The notes under the pieces: generated by a model
The model's database searches: none
The model's input: the letters and a program-made list of their open reading frames with translations, nothing else
Told to the model about the DNA's origin: nothing
In this document: piece after piece, positions 1-9,092 of the stretch
How the letters are laid out: every line of letters starts with the position of its first letter
Numbering within the stretch: the first letter of the stretch is position 1
Assembly: GCA_965279375.1 (NCBI GenBank)
Contig: OZ257156.1
Coordinates: forward strand, 1,504,001-1,568,000
Origin: Gemmatimonas sp.
GTDB lineage: Bacteria > Gemmatimonadota > Gemmatimonadetes > Gemmatimonadales > Gemmatimonadaceae
DNA length: 64,000 bases
Direction of reading: 5' to 3'
Program-made: the position numbers and the translations under genes

Positions 1-1
1 G

Positions 2-529
2 ATTCCGCTACGGCCGTTCTTCGGCAGTCTTGGTGTCGCGCCTCCAGTGGAGAAGGGGCGCATCAACAGCGCGCCACCAGGGATGCATGCGGGCAATCTC
101 GACAACAAGGAGCTCACCGCGGGCACGATTCTCTACATCCCCGTCAACGTGCCTGGTGCGCTGGTGCACATCGGCGACGGCCATGCGGCGCAGGGCGACG
201 GCGAGGTGGACATCACGGCACTCGAGACGTCGCTGCGCGGTGTGCTGCAGCTCATCGTGCGCAAGGACATGAAGCTCACGTGGCCGCGTGGCGAGACGCG
301 TACGCACTGGATCGCGATGGGCGCGGACAGTAATCTGACCATCGCGGCGAAGATTGCTGTACGCGAGGCCATCACACTGCTGGGTGACGTGAAGAAGCTC
401 TCGCGTGAAGATGCATACCAGTTGGTGAGCACGGCGTGCGATGTGCGCATCACGCAGCTGGTGGATGGGACGATGGGTGTGCACGTGATGATTCCCAAGT
501 CGCTTTTCACCGCGGCAGTTCGGCGTTAG
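2..529 (+). CDS. Acetamidase/formamidase family protein, 5'-truncated by the window edge
   Basis: Frame is open from nt 2 (IPLRPFFGSLGVAPP...). Motifs GNLD, IGDGHAAQGDGE, ALETSL and the C-terminal DAYQLVS..DVRITQLVD. Confidence 0.9.
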   Translation: MPLRPFFGSLGVAPPVEKGRINSAPPGMHAGNLDNKELTAGTILYIPVNVPGALVHIGDGHAAQGDGEVDITALETSLRGVLQLIVRKDMKLTWPRGETRTHWIAMGADSNLTIAAKIAVREAITLLGDVKKLSREDAYQLVSTACDVRITQLVDGTMGVHVMIPKSLFTAAVRR

Positions 530-572
530 AGCACGGCTGTGCGGCATGCCCGCGTACCAGGAGGGATATTCG

Positions 573-1097
573 ATGCACTTTGAACTCGAGCATGCACGTC
601 AAGTGCTGCAGCGCACGCCGGCAACCCTGCACTCGCTCTTGAGCGGCCTTGGCGACGCGTGGGTGACGGGAACCGAAGGGCCGGAGACCTGGTCGCCGTA
701 CGACATTGTGGGACACATGCTGCACGGCGAGAAGACCGACTGGATTGCTCGCGCGCAGATCATTCTCGCGCGCGGAGACGACCGGCGTTTCGCGCCGTAT
801 GATCGCTTCGCCCAGTTTCGCGAGAGTCAGGGGCGCACACTCGAGGAGTTGCTCGCAGACTTCGCGGCACACCGCCATCGCAATCTCGATACGCTTGCGC
901 GTTGGTCGCTGACCGAGGAGCAACTCGACTGGGAAGGTGAGCACCCAGCGTTTGGTGCCGTCACCTTGCGTCAGCTCCTCTCGACGTGGGTGGCGCACGA
1001 TCTTGGACATCTCGCGCAGGTCACGCGCGTCATGGCCAAACAGTACCGCGAAGCGGTTGGGCCGTGGCGCGCGTATCTGCCGGTGATGGATCGCTGA
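573..1097 (+). CDS. DinB/YfiT-like metal-binding protein
   Basis: WSPYDIVGHMLHGE...WVAHDLGHLAQ His pattern. GGAGGG RBS lies just upstream of ATG 573. Confidence 0.85.
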   Translation: MHFELEHARQVLQRTPATLHSLLSGLGDAWVTGTEGPETWSPYDIVGHMLHGEKTDWIARAQIILARGDDRRFAPYDRFAQFRESQGRTLEELLADFAAHRHRNLDTLARWSLTEEQLDWEGEHPAFGAVTLRQLLSTWVAHDLGHLAQVTRVMAKQYREAVGPWRAYLPVMDR

Positions 1098-1368
1098 CGA
1101 TGAAGGCGCGCTACGGTGCGGCGTGCGTCCTCTGCCTCTCTCCGGCAGAGATCGCCCGCCATCACGGTTGCTGAACAGGATCTCCAGCGATCGTCCCGCG
1201 GGACAGTAGGCCGTCTGCATCCGAAGCGGACACGCTGACGAATACCGATCGTGCGGTCGCGCACTCCTCGCGCGCCAACCTTGCTCTCGCGCATCGTTCG
1301 GAACCCATTGATCTCTCCATATGAGTCTTGCTCCTCTCCGTGCGCACGTTGCTGTGTGTCGCTCCCTG

Positions 1369-2658
1369 ATGCGTCGGTGCGTTCTAGGTGTGGTCGCGGT
1401 GCTTGGCATCGCCCCCGCGCAGCTCGCGGCACAGACCTCGACGTCCGACCGCATTGCCGGCGAGTGGGTGTTTCAAATGGACGGCGACGATCAGCCGCAG
1501 CGCGTCGTGCTCTCGGTCGAACGAGACAGTCTCCGCGGCCAGGTGTACGGGCAGGCACTCGTGGGAGCGTTGCGCGGATCGCGCGTAGAGTTCCGCGTGG
1601 GCGATTTCCGGTGGCGTGCCACGCTTCGAGGCGATAGCCTCACCGGATGGCTGGGCGTCGGAGCGGATTCATCGGCGTGGAGCGGGCAGCGGTTCCGTCC
1701 ACGGGCGACAGGGCGCGCGTTCAATCTCGAACCGAGCACCTTCCATCGCGGCCTCAGCGCAACGGTGACACCAGCGCTGCGGATCTATTCGGGTGACACC
1801 GTACGCACGACCACGCTCGATGCGGGCGGCTGGGGACGCGGAGCCTTCGGCGACCGGACCAACAAGCGATCGGTGGGAGGGAACCCCCTAACCGGCCCTT
1901 TCTTCGTAGAAGGGGCGGTACCCGGCGATGTGCTCGTGGTGCGTCTGCATCGCGTGCGGCTCAGTCGTGACTGGGCGTTCAGCGGGACGCAGCTCATCGA
2001 CAATGCCATCGATGCGCGCTATGCGGTTGAACGCAAGTCGGTGGACGTCGACAACAAGTGGACGCTGGACACACTCGCGCAAACGGCGCGCCTCACCAAG
2101 CCGACGCCGGGTCTCGCAGACTTCCGCGTGCCGCTGCGTCCATTTCTTGGCGTGGTCGCCGTCGCACCGGGCGGTTCGTTCATGCCAACCTCGCGCGACT
2201 CCGGGCCCTACGGTGGCAACATGGAGTACGCGCAGCTGCGTGAAGGCACGACGCTCTACCTGCCCGTCTCCACCACGGGCGCATACCTCTACCTCGGCGA
2301 TGGGCACGCAGCACAAGGCGACGGTGAGCTCACCGGCGATGCGATGGAGACGGCGCTCGACGTGACGTTCTCCGTGGAGATCAAACGGTGGGGCTTTGCG
2401 GCGATGCCACGCGCGGAGACCGCAGAGCACATCATGTCGATCGGCACCGCTGGTTCGCTGGACGAGGCGATGCGGCGCGCCACGACGGACATGGCGCGAT
2501 GGATCGAGGCCGACTACGACGTCACCGCAACCGATGTGGCCCTCATCATGGGCTTCGCGCTGATCTACGACATCCCGGACCTGGTCCCGCCGACCGTCGG
2601 CGTGTCGGCACGGATCCCCAAGTCCGCGCTCGCGACCCTCAGGCGGCGCCAGCGCTAA
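1369..2658 (+). CDS. Secreted acetamidase/formamidase family protein with an extra N-terminal beta domain
   Basis: Signal-peptide-like MRRCVLGVVAVLGIAPAQLAAQ, then NPLTGP, PLRPFLG, GGNME, GDGHAAQGDGE and AMET. The start could be 1321. Confidence 0.85.
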   Translation: MRRCVLGVVAVLGIAPAQLAAQTSTSDRIAGEWVFQMDGDDQPQRVVLSVERDSLRGQVYGQALVGALRGSRVEFRVGDFRWRATLRGDSLTGWLGVGADSSAWSGQRFRPRATGRAFNLEPSTFHRGLSATVTPALRIYSGDTVRTTTLDAGGWGRGAFGDRTNKRSVGGNPLTGPFFVEGAVPGDVLVVRLHRVRLSRDWAFSGTQLIDNAIDARYAVERKSVDVDNKWTLDTLAQTARLTKPTPGLADFRVPLRPFLGVVAVAPGGSFMPTSRDSGPYGGNMEYAQLREGTTLYLPVSTTGAYLYLGDGHAAQGDGELTGDAMETALDVTFSVEIKRWGFAAMPRAETAEHIMSIGTAGSLDEAMRRATTDMARWIEADYDVTATDVALIMGFALIYDIPDLVPPTVGVSARIPKSALATLRRRQR

Positions 2659-2720
2659 CCCGCCAGTCGCTGGCCGACCGCACGCCAATCGACCGGATGC
2701 CTCTCCGGCCCGGGCGGTCG

Positions 2721-2726
2721 TAGAAT
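2721..2726 (+). promoter_or_regulatory. Putative -10 element (TAGAAT) of a leaderless transcript
   Basis: TAGAAT ends 5 nt before ATG 2732 and there is no Shine-Dalgarno sequence. Confidence 0.45.
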
Positions 2727-2731
2727 ACGGC

Positions 2732-3178
2732 ATGCGCAAACACATACTCCTGTATGGTCTGCTCGCCGGCGTCTGCATCGCCGGCCTGAAAGCCATCGAG
2801 TACCGGTGGCTCGTGGTCGAACACTCGATCGAGATCTACGGCGGTCTGGTCGCGGTCATCTTCGCCGCGATCGGACTCTGGCTGGGACTCAAGCTCACCC
2901 GCCCCGCGCCCGAGGCCATCGTGCGCGAAGTGCTTGTCGAGGCTCCGCGCGAGTTCGTCCGCGATCAAGGTGCGCTGGAGTCCCTGGGGGTGACGCCGCG
3001 CGAGCTCGAAATTCTCGAGCTCATCGCCTCAGGGCTGAGCAACAAGGAGATCGCCGAGCGTGTTTTCGTCAGCGAGAATACGGTGAAGACGCACTCCAGC
3101 CGTGTCTTCGACAAGCTGGGCGCCAAGCGGCGGACACAGGCGGTCCAGTTTGCTCGCGAGCGCCGCCTGATTCAGTAG
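2732..3178 (+). CDS. LuxR-type HTH regulator with N-terminal hydrophobic segments
   Basis: C-terminal TPRELEILELIASGLSNKEIAERVFVSENTVKTH...KLGAKRRTQAV. Two N-terminal hydrophobic stretches and no receiver domain. Confidence 0.88.
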   Translation: MRKHILLYGLLAGVCIAGLKAIEYRWLVVEHSIEIYGGLVAVIFAAIGLWLGLKLTRPAPEAIVREVLVEAPREFVRDQGALESLGVTPRELEILELIASGLSNKEIAERVFVSENTVKTHSSRVFDKLGAKRRTQAVQFARERRLIQ

Positions 3179-3339
3179 CCATGTAGCCTGTCGAAGCGGT
3201 CGAAGTGACCGCTTTGCGGCTAAGCGTCTACCTCTTTCTGGTGATTTCAGGCCCCAACGCGGAAAATCATCCCTTTGGGTGACGCAATCGGATGGCTGGG
3301 CGGCCTAGAATCGGCGCTCCTCAACCCCTTGGAGCAGTC

Positions 3340-3891
3340 ATGAAGAAGATCAGCCTCACATTCGGTCTCATTGCCGGCGGCATCATGTCGGCGATGCTGT
3401 TGCTGGCCCTCCCGTTTCAGGATCAGCTAGGGTTCGACCGCGGCGCCATCCTCGGCTACACGACGATGGTGGTCGCCTTTCTGATGGTATACTTCGGCGT
3501 TCGTTCCTATCGGGATACGGTCGGCGAAGGGCGCATCACCTTTGGCCGTGCGTTCACCGTGGGGCTGATGATCACGCTGGTGGCGACGGTTTGCTACGTC
3601 ACCACCTGGGAGTTCATCTACTTCAATCTGGCGCCGGATTTCGGTGACAAGATGGCCGCGGCCGCGATCGCCAAGGCAAAGGCGTCCGGCGCCACCGAGG
3701 CCCAGGTCGCTGCGCAGGCGAAGGCGATGGCCGAGTTCGCGGAGTCCTACAAGAACCCGCTGGTGAACATCGCGTACACCTTCCTCGAGCCGCTGCCGGT
3801 TGGCCTGCTGTTCACGCTCGTCACTGCCGGCTTGCTCAGCCGAAAGCGCGGGCAAAGCGCGGCGCCCGCTTTCACGTCACAGACCACCTGA
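3340..3891 (+). CDS. DUF4199-like membrane protein
   Basis: Four hydrophobic helices and VYFGVRSYRD..G.ITFGRAFTVG. GGAG RBS before ATG 3340. Confidence 0.75.
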   Translation: MKKISLTFGLIAGGIMSAMLLLALPFQDQLGFDRGAILGYTTMVVAFLMVYFGVRSYRDTVGEGRITFGRAFTVGLMITLVATVCYVTTWEFIYFNLAPDFGDKMAAAAIAKAKASGATEAQVAAQAKAMAEFAESYKNPLVNIAYTFLEPLPVGLLFTLVTAGLLSRKRGQSAAPAFTSQTT

Positions 3892-3894
3892 GCA

Positions 3895-4380
3895 TTGGCT
3901 ACACACGTCGTTCTCGTGCATCCGGAAATTCACTGGAATACCGGCAATGCCGGACGCACTTGTCTGGCAACCGGTGCCACGTTGCACCTGATCGAACCAC
4001 TCGGGTTTTCGCTGGGCGAGCGAGAAGTGAAGCGCGCGGGGCTCGACTACTGGGAGCATGTGGATGTGCGCGTGTGGCCGGACTGGGATACGTTCGAGCG
4101 CGCACTTCCCACACTCGGCGAGCCCTTCTTCTTCTCTACGAAGGCGACGCAGCTGTTCTGGGATGCGCCACTCGGCGCAACATCGGACGTCGTGCTGATA
4201 TTTGGACGCGAGACCGGTGGCCTCCCCGAGGGATTGCATGCGACGTACGCTGAGCGCTTTGTTGCGATGCCGATTCATTCACCGCGCGTGCGATCGCTGA
4301 ACCTGTCGACCAGCGTTGCGATTGCGGTGTACGAAGTGCTGCGCCAACAGCGGAGTATTTCTCATGCCGAAGGACCGTAA
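3895..4380 (+). CDS. trmL: tRNA (cytidine(34)-2'-O)-methyltransferase, SpoU family
   Basis: VVLVHPEIHWNTGNAGRTC, KRAGLDYW, FGRETGGLP and RSLNLS motifs. TTG start. Confidence 0.92.
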   Translation: MATHVVLVHPEIHWNTGNAGRTCLATGATLHLIEPLGFSLGEREVKRAGLDYWEHVDVRVWPDWDTFERALPTLGEPFFFSTKATQLFWDAPLGATSDVVLIFGRETGGLPEGLHATYAERFVAMPIHSPRVRSLNLSTSVAIAVYEVLRQQRSISHAEGP

Positions 4381-4999
4381 AGACCGCGACTATTTCCGGT
4401 GGGCGACGAGCGTCGCCATTGTCAGCGTCTCCCTGCTCTGTGCTGCACATGTCGATGCGCAACCTGCGCCGCTCGACGAGATCATTCGACGAAAGCTTCC
4501 CGTCGACAGCGTGTACAACGGCATTCCCTGTGCGCGCTCCGACCGCGCGCCGGCCGAGTTTCATCGCAACGAACGTATCGCCAGCTGTGCGCTCTCTCGC
4601 GACTTCGATGCGGGGCGACATCGCTTCACCGCAGGGACGTGGCTCGACTACAACGCGGCCGGCGTGCTGTGGGGCGCATGGCTCGATCGTCACACTTCGC
4701 TCGACGGGCATCGCTGTCGCGGTGAAGGCTACAAGGCGTGGAGTGTGCGCTTCTACCCCAGCGGCGCGCTGTCTGGATGCTATCTCGCTGCCGACACCGT
4801 GGAGAGCGGCGTGCCGTGCATGCGCGGTACGTTCCTGCGTGAACTGCGCGGCGGCGGCAAAACCGCATTGCAGCTCTACCCCGACGGCCGATTCAAGCGT
4901 TGCATGGCGGCGCGAGATACCACGGTTGACGGGCGTGGCATCAAGAAGTGGCAGCTCGTGGAGCGAGACAGTGTGACGGCGCAGCTACGCGTGCGCTAA
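4364..4999 (+). CDS. Hypothetical exported protein with Cys-containing internal repeats
   Basis: Hydrophobic leader ending AHVDAQ, followed by repeated G-x-x-C...F(Y/H)xxG...C-x-L-x-x-D units. Confidence 0.6.
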   Translation: MPKDRKDRDYFRWATSVAIVSVSLLCAAHVDAQPAPLDEIIRRKLPVDSVYNGIPCARSDRAPAEFHRNERIASCALSRDFDAGRHRFTAGTWLDYNAAGVLWGAWLDRHTSLDGHRCRGEGYKAWSVRFYPSGALSGCYLAADTVESGVPCMRGTFLRELRGGGKTALQLYPDGRFKRCMAARDTTVDGRGIKKWQLVERDSVTAQLRVR

Positions 5000-5055
5000 C
5001 TGTGAGGAGACTCTGGCGCGAGAACTCCGGATTCGCGACCGGGCGATCACGCGCG

Positions 5056-5964
5056 TCACTCGTTCGACAACAGCTCCGCGTAGTGCGTTTCTGCGCACGT
5101 CGGGCAGACGCCGTGTGAGAGTTTCGACGGCGAGCGCTGCGAAGCGAAGCGTTCGAGCGGTTGCCATGAGTTGCTATCGTCTCGAACGGCTTTGCAGTGC
5201 ATACAGACGCTGACGAACTCGCCGAGTGCCAAGGTGAGGCGTTGCTCCACAGCTGCCCGTGCGGTCAGTTCGTTGTTGTGTGACAAACGAAAGAACGAGG
5301 CGAAGAGGCCGAAGCACACGAACAGCTGCATCGCCAGCGATCCCATGAACGTTACCGTGAACAGCGCCGAGCCGCTTGGCATCAGCGGCGAGGAGGTGGA
5401 GAAGATCGCGTACATCCCCAACGCGCCCGCGGTGGGAATGCGCTCCAGGCGCGGAAGGGTTTCGGTGCGGCACAGCTCCCAGACTGCGAGCGCGAGCAGG
5501 ACGGCCATCGTGCTCACTTCGATCTGTGCGGAGAGCACCCGCGATTCGATCCACGCCGCGAGCAGATGCGCCGCAACGGTCACCGAAACCGCCAGCGTGA
5601 GTATGAACGTAGGCGCCAGCCGTCGTCCGCGAATCGCATACGCGCCGGCGAGCACCGTTCCTGCGAAGGCGACGCGAAGGGCGCCAACGAGCAGCATGCT
5701 CCATTCCGGTGGCTCCACGCCCGGCGCGCGGAGAAAGATCGTGCTGACCGAGTACCGCGCGAGCAGCAGCGTCCACGCGATGGCCCAATAGCGCGCCAGT
5801 CGCTCGCGACGGAGCACCGCGAGATACAGCAACACGCTGATGCACACGCTTGCCACCAGAATCGGCAAGCCGGAGCGGAAGAGGCTTTCGCGAAACACTA
5901 GCGGATGGATGCCGCGACGGAGAGGCGACGCAGAGGGCTGGGCGAAGAGAGCACGCGCAAACAA
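5056..5964 (-). CDS. Multi-TM membrane protein with a C-terminal CxxC...SHGxCPxC domain
   Basis: About 7 hydrophobic segments, then VCMHCKAVRDDSNSWQPLERF...SHGVCPTC. Start uncertain. Confidence 0.7.
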   Translation of the reverse strand: MFARALFAQPSASPLRRGIHPLVFRESLFRSGLPILVASVCISVLLYLAVLRRERLARYWAIAWTLLLARYSVSTIFLRAPGVEPPEWSMLLVGALRVAFAGTVLAGAYAIRGRRLAPTFILTLAVSVTVAAHLLAAWIESRVLSAQIEVSTMAVLLALAVWELCRTETLPRLERIPTAGALGMYAIFSTSSPLMPSGSALFTVTFMGSLAMQLFVCFGLFASFFRLSHNNELTARAAVEQRLTLALGEFVSVCMHCKAVRDDSNSWQPLERFASQRSPSKLSHGVCPTCAETHYAELLSNE

Positions 5965-6153
5965 TACGCCCGAAGCGGCCCGGCTGCATGCGCGCGATAC
6001 CAGCAGTGAACGTGGACCGGACGGGATAAGGACTGGCGGATCGTCGGAGATACGGCGTATGTCTGCCGGGCAACGACTTGGCCCTGATTTGCCACGGCGG
6101 TATCGCGCTCTCGATCGCCCATCTCCCCAACGCCGACGCGGTCGCGCTGCTCC

Positions 6154-8028
6154 ATGAATATCGTCCGACCCCTATCGCTGTCTGCCGTTCTGCTAACCGG
6201 CGCACTCTCGTTCGGTGGACGGACCGTGGGACCGCACGACCGGGAGCCCTCCGGCGCCCACCGCGCCGATGGTAGAACCGTGCTGCCGATTGCGGCCGCC
6301 AACGACAATCGGCGCCCCGCGGGCAGGATGCGTGGCGACACGCTGTCGGTTGCGCTCGAGGTTCGCGTCGCGCGTTGGTACCCCGAGGCGGAGGACGGGC
6401 CGTTCGTCGACGCGCCGATGCTCGCCGAAGTTGGGCGCTCGCCGCAGGTGCCAGGGCCGCTGATTCGTGTGCGCGAGGGTACGGTCATCGCGGCGACGCT
6501 GCACAATGCACTCGTCGATTCGACAGTCACCTGGATCGGCCTCGCCAGCAAGCCGGGTACGGATACCGTGCGAGTCCCGCCGGGCGCGACGGCGACGATT
6601 CGCTTTGTCGCTGGACAACCCGGCAGCTATCTGTACGCCGTGCGCGCGGGAGATGTCGATCACCGTGCACGAGAGCGCGAGCAGCTGACCGCCGCGTTCG
6701 TGATCGATGCGAGAGGGGCGCGCACCGATGATCGGATCTTCGTCATGAACATCTGGGGAGAGCCACTCGATTCGGTCACATACCGCAACGCCCTGACGAT
6801 CAACGGCAAGGCGTGGCCGTTCACCGAACGGATCACTGCCACGGAGGGCGATACGCTTCGATGGCGCGTGGTGAACGGCACGGACCGGATACATCCCATG
6901 CATCTGCATGGATTCTTCTACCGCATCTCCGCGCGCGGCGACGGCGCGCGCGACACGCTGCTCAATCGGCAGCGACAGGAAGATGTGGTCACGCAGTTGA
7001 TGGAGCCCTACAGCACCATGCAGATGTCGTATGTCGCGGCGCGAGAAGGCAATTGGCTCTTCCACTGCCATCTCTCGTTTCATGTGAGTGCAGACGCGCG
7101 ATTCACCGACGGCGTCGCGCACGCTGATCATGTTTCCGGCGACGCGATGCGACATATGGCAGGGCTGGTGCTGGGCCTCAACGTCAAGCCGCGGCCTGGA
7201 GTCTTGCACCCCGCACGGCGCACCGCGCGGCAGCTGCGTTTGCGCGTGGAGGAAGGGACTCCGCGCCATCGCGCGCCGCGGCTCATGAGCGCGGTGCTGC
7301 AGGACGCTGCTCGGCCAACCGCGGACTCTGTGCGCCTGCCCGGGACGACGCTGTTCCTCACGCGAGGTGAGCCGACGGACATCAGTGTGGTCAACGCGCT
7401 GAACGAACCGACCGCGATCCACTGGCACGGCATCGAACTCGAGAGCTACTCCGACGGCGTGGCCGGCTGGAGTGGTGCGATGAATCGGCTGGCGCCAATG
7501 ATTGCGCCGCGAGACTCGTTCGTCGCGCGGCTCACGCTACCGCGCGCGGGAACGTTCATCTATCACACGCACCTGAACGATGTGGAGCAACTCACGTCGG
7601 GACTGTACGGTGGTATCGTGGTACTCGAGCCGGGTACGCGCTTCGATGCCTCGCGAGATCATCTGTTTGTGGTCGGATGGGACGGACCCGCTGACCCGCC
7701 GCACCTGCTGGTGAACGGCGATTCGCTGCCCGCTCCGAAGGAGCTGGCCTTCGGAGTGCATCATCGGCTGCGCTTCGTCTTTATCGGGGCTGTTGGCGGG
7801 GAATCGTTCGCGCTGCGATCGGCTTCGGGCGTGGTGCGCTGGCGAACGCTGGCGCGCGACGGCTTTGAACTCGCGCCGTCGAAGCAGCGTGAACTCCCCG
7901 CCGAGATCACCGGGTGGGCCGGACAAACGTACGACTTCGACTTTCTGCCCTCCGCACGCGGTCGCTACGAACTGATCATCGGCGATCCCAAGTCCCCATC
8001 GTGGACGCAGGTGTACTGGGTGCGCTGA
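6154..8028 (+). CDS. Multicopper oxidase domain protein (cupredoxin repeats), exported
   Basis: PGPLIRVREG, HPMHLHG, WLFHCHLSFH, IHWHG and FIYHTH motifs, with an N-terminal signal-like segment. Confidence 0.88.
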   Translation: MNIVRPLSLSAVLLTGALSFGGRTVGPHDREPSGAHRADGRTVLPIAAANDNRRPAGRMRGDTLSVALEVRVARWYPEAEDGPFVDAPMLAEVGRSPQVPGPLIRVREGTVIAATLHNALVDSTVTWIGLASKPGTDTVRVPPGATATIRFVAGQPGSYLYAVRAGDVDHRAREREQLTAAFVIDARGARTDDRIFVMNIWGEPLDSVTYRNALTINGKAWPFTERITATEGDTLRWRVVNGTDRIHPMHLHGFFYRISARGDGARDTLLNRQRQEDVVTQLMEPYSTMQMSYVAAREGNWLFHCHLSFHVSADARFTDGVAHADHVSGDAMRHMAGLVLGLNVKPRPGVLHPARRTARQLRLRVEEGTPRHRAPRLMSAVLQDAARPTADSVRLPGTTLFLTRGEPTDISVVNALNEPTAIHWHGIELESYSDGVAGWSGAMNRLAPMIAPRDSFVARLTLPRAGTFIYHTHLNDVEQLTSGLYGGIVVLEPGTRFDASRDHLFVVGWDGPADPPHLLVNGDSLPAPKELAFGVHHRLRFVFIGAVGGESFALRSASGVVRWRTLARDGFELAPSKQRELPAEITGWAGQTYDFDFLPSARGRYELIIGDPKSPSWTQVYWVR

Positions 8029-8115
8029 CACCATGCGGGTTGATGAGGGAACCGTTCGGCGGCGTGATGGCTAGCTGCACAGGAACTCATTCCTGTCCCT
8101 CGACGGAGCGAAGCG

Positions 8116-8709
8116 ATGCGCTGGATGCTGATCACGAGTGTGTTGGCCACGCTCTCCATGGCGGTCGTTGCCGAATCGCGCGCGCCGCTGCGGCCGATTC
8201 CGACTCTCAATGGGAGGCGAGCCTCGTCGGCTGCTGAACCTGCTGCCGAACCCTCTGCAGCGCCTGCCTGGAAGAACGCGTCATGGCTCAACGCCGCGGC
8301 GCCGATCAGCCTCGCGTCCCTCAAGGGACGCGTGGTCTTGCTCAACTTCTGGGTATTCACCTGTTACAACTGCACGAACACCGTACCATCGCTCGTTCGC
8401 TTCGATGAGCAGTTTCGTGCGCGCGGATTGAGCATCATCGGCATTCATACGCCCGAGTTCCCGCCCTATGCTGGAGAACACGACAAAGCCAACGTCGCGA
8501 AAGCCCTCGCCAAGTATGATATTCGCTACCCGATCGCACAGGACAACGATCGCGCGACGTGGAATTTGTACCACATCGCGTATTGGCCGAGCTTCGTGTT
8601 GATCGACAAGCAGGGGCGCATTCGGCACGAAGGCTACGGCGAGTTTCACATCGGAGATCAATGGCATCGGCAGTGGGAACAGCGAATCGAAGCGCTTCTG
8701 GCCGAGTGA
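8116..8709 (+). CDS. Exported thioredoxin-fold redoxin (TlpA/DipZ-like)
   Basis: Signal peptide. LKGRVVLLNFWVFTCYNC (CxxC), GIHTPEF and YWPSFVLIDKQGRIR. Confidence 0.88.
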   Translation: MRWMLITSVLATLSMAVVAESRAPLRPIPTLNGRRASSAAEPAAEPSAAPAWKNASWLNAAAPISLASLKGRVVLLNFWVFTCYNCTNTVPSLVRFDEQFRARGLSIIGIHTPEFPPYAGEHDKANVAKALAKYDIRYPIAQDNDRATWNLYHIAYWPSFVLIDKQGRIRHEGYGEFHIGDQWHRQWEQRIEALLAE

Positions 8710-9077
8710 GGACGACTCGACTTGCGTTGCTCTTGCTGCTGACGACGGGTTGCGCGGCAACGCGCGACGGCGTGGTTGCGCGCGACGACTTGGTGTCGAT
8801 GGTGTTGGAGCACGCGAATGGCGTCGAGCAGTTACGACTCGTGCCAGAACCCGGCGTGAAGATCAGCGCGCAGTTCAAGCCAACGATTCAAACGGACCGC
8901 GGCGCGCTCGTCGAATTCGATGCGCCCGGTCGAACGGCCGACAGTGTGTACTTCGTGGTGCCGCCAACCGCGCCGATGACCGGTCGCCGTCCACTGCGCG
9001 GCACGCTGCGCGCGAGCGCCTGTCCTCAGGGCAAACGAGTCTGTCTCTCGGTCGAGTTGCCGATCGACGTGCGGTAG
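8706..9077 (+). CDS. Small putative lipoprotein with a C-terminal Cys pair
   Basis: GTG overlaps the upstream TGA (GTGA). Leader RTTRLALLLLLTTGC is lipobox-like. Contains ACPQGKRVC. Confidence 0.6.
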   Translation: MRTTRLALLLLLTTGCAATRDGVVARDDLVSMVLEHANGVEQLRLVPEPGVKISAQFKPTIQTDRGALVEFDAPGRTADSVYFVVPPTAPMTGRRPLRGTLRASACPQGKRVCLSVELPIDVR

Positions 9078-9092
9078 CGAAGAGAGAGCGGA

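Noticed and set aside
1100..1174. 24-codon Cys-rich ORF (MKARYGAACVLCLSPAEIARHHGC) with a CTCTGCC/GGCAGAG hairpin
   Set aside because: No clear RBS or family resemblance, and the hairpin has no U-tract, so neither a peptide nor a terminator is supported.
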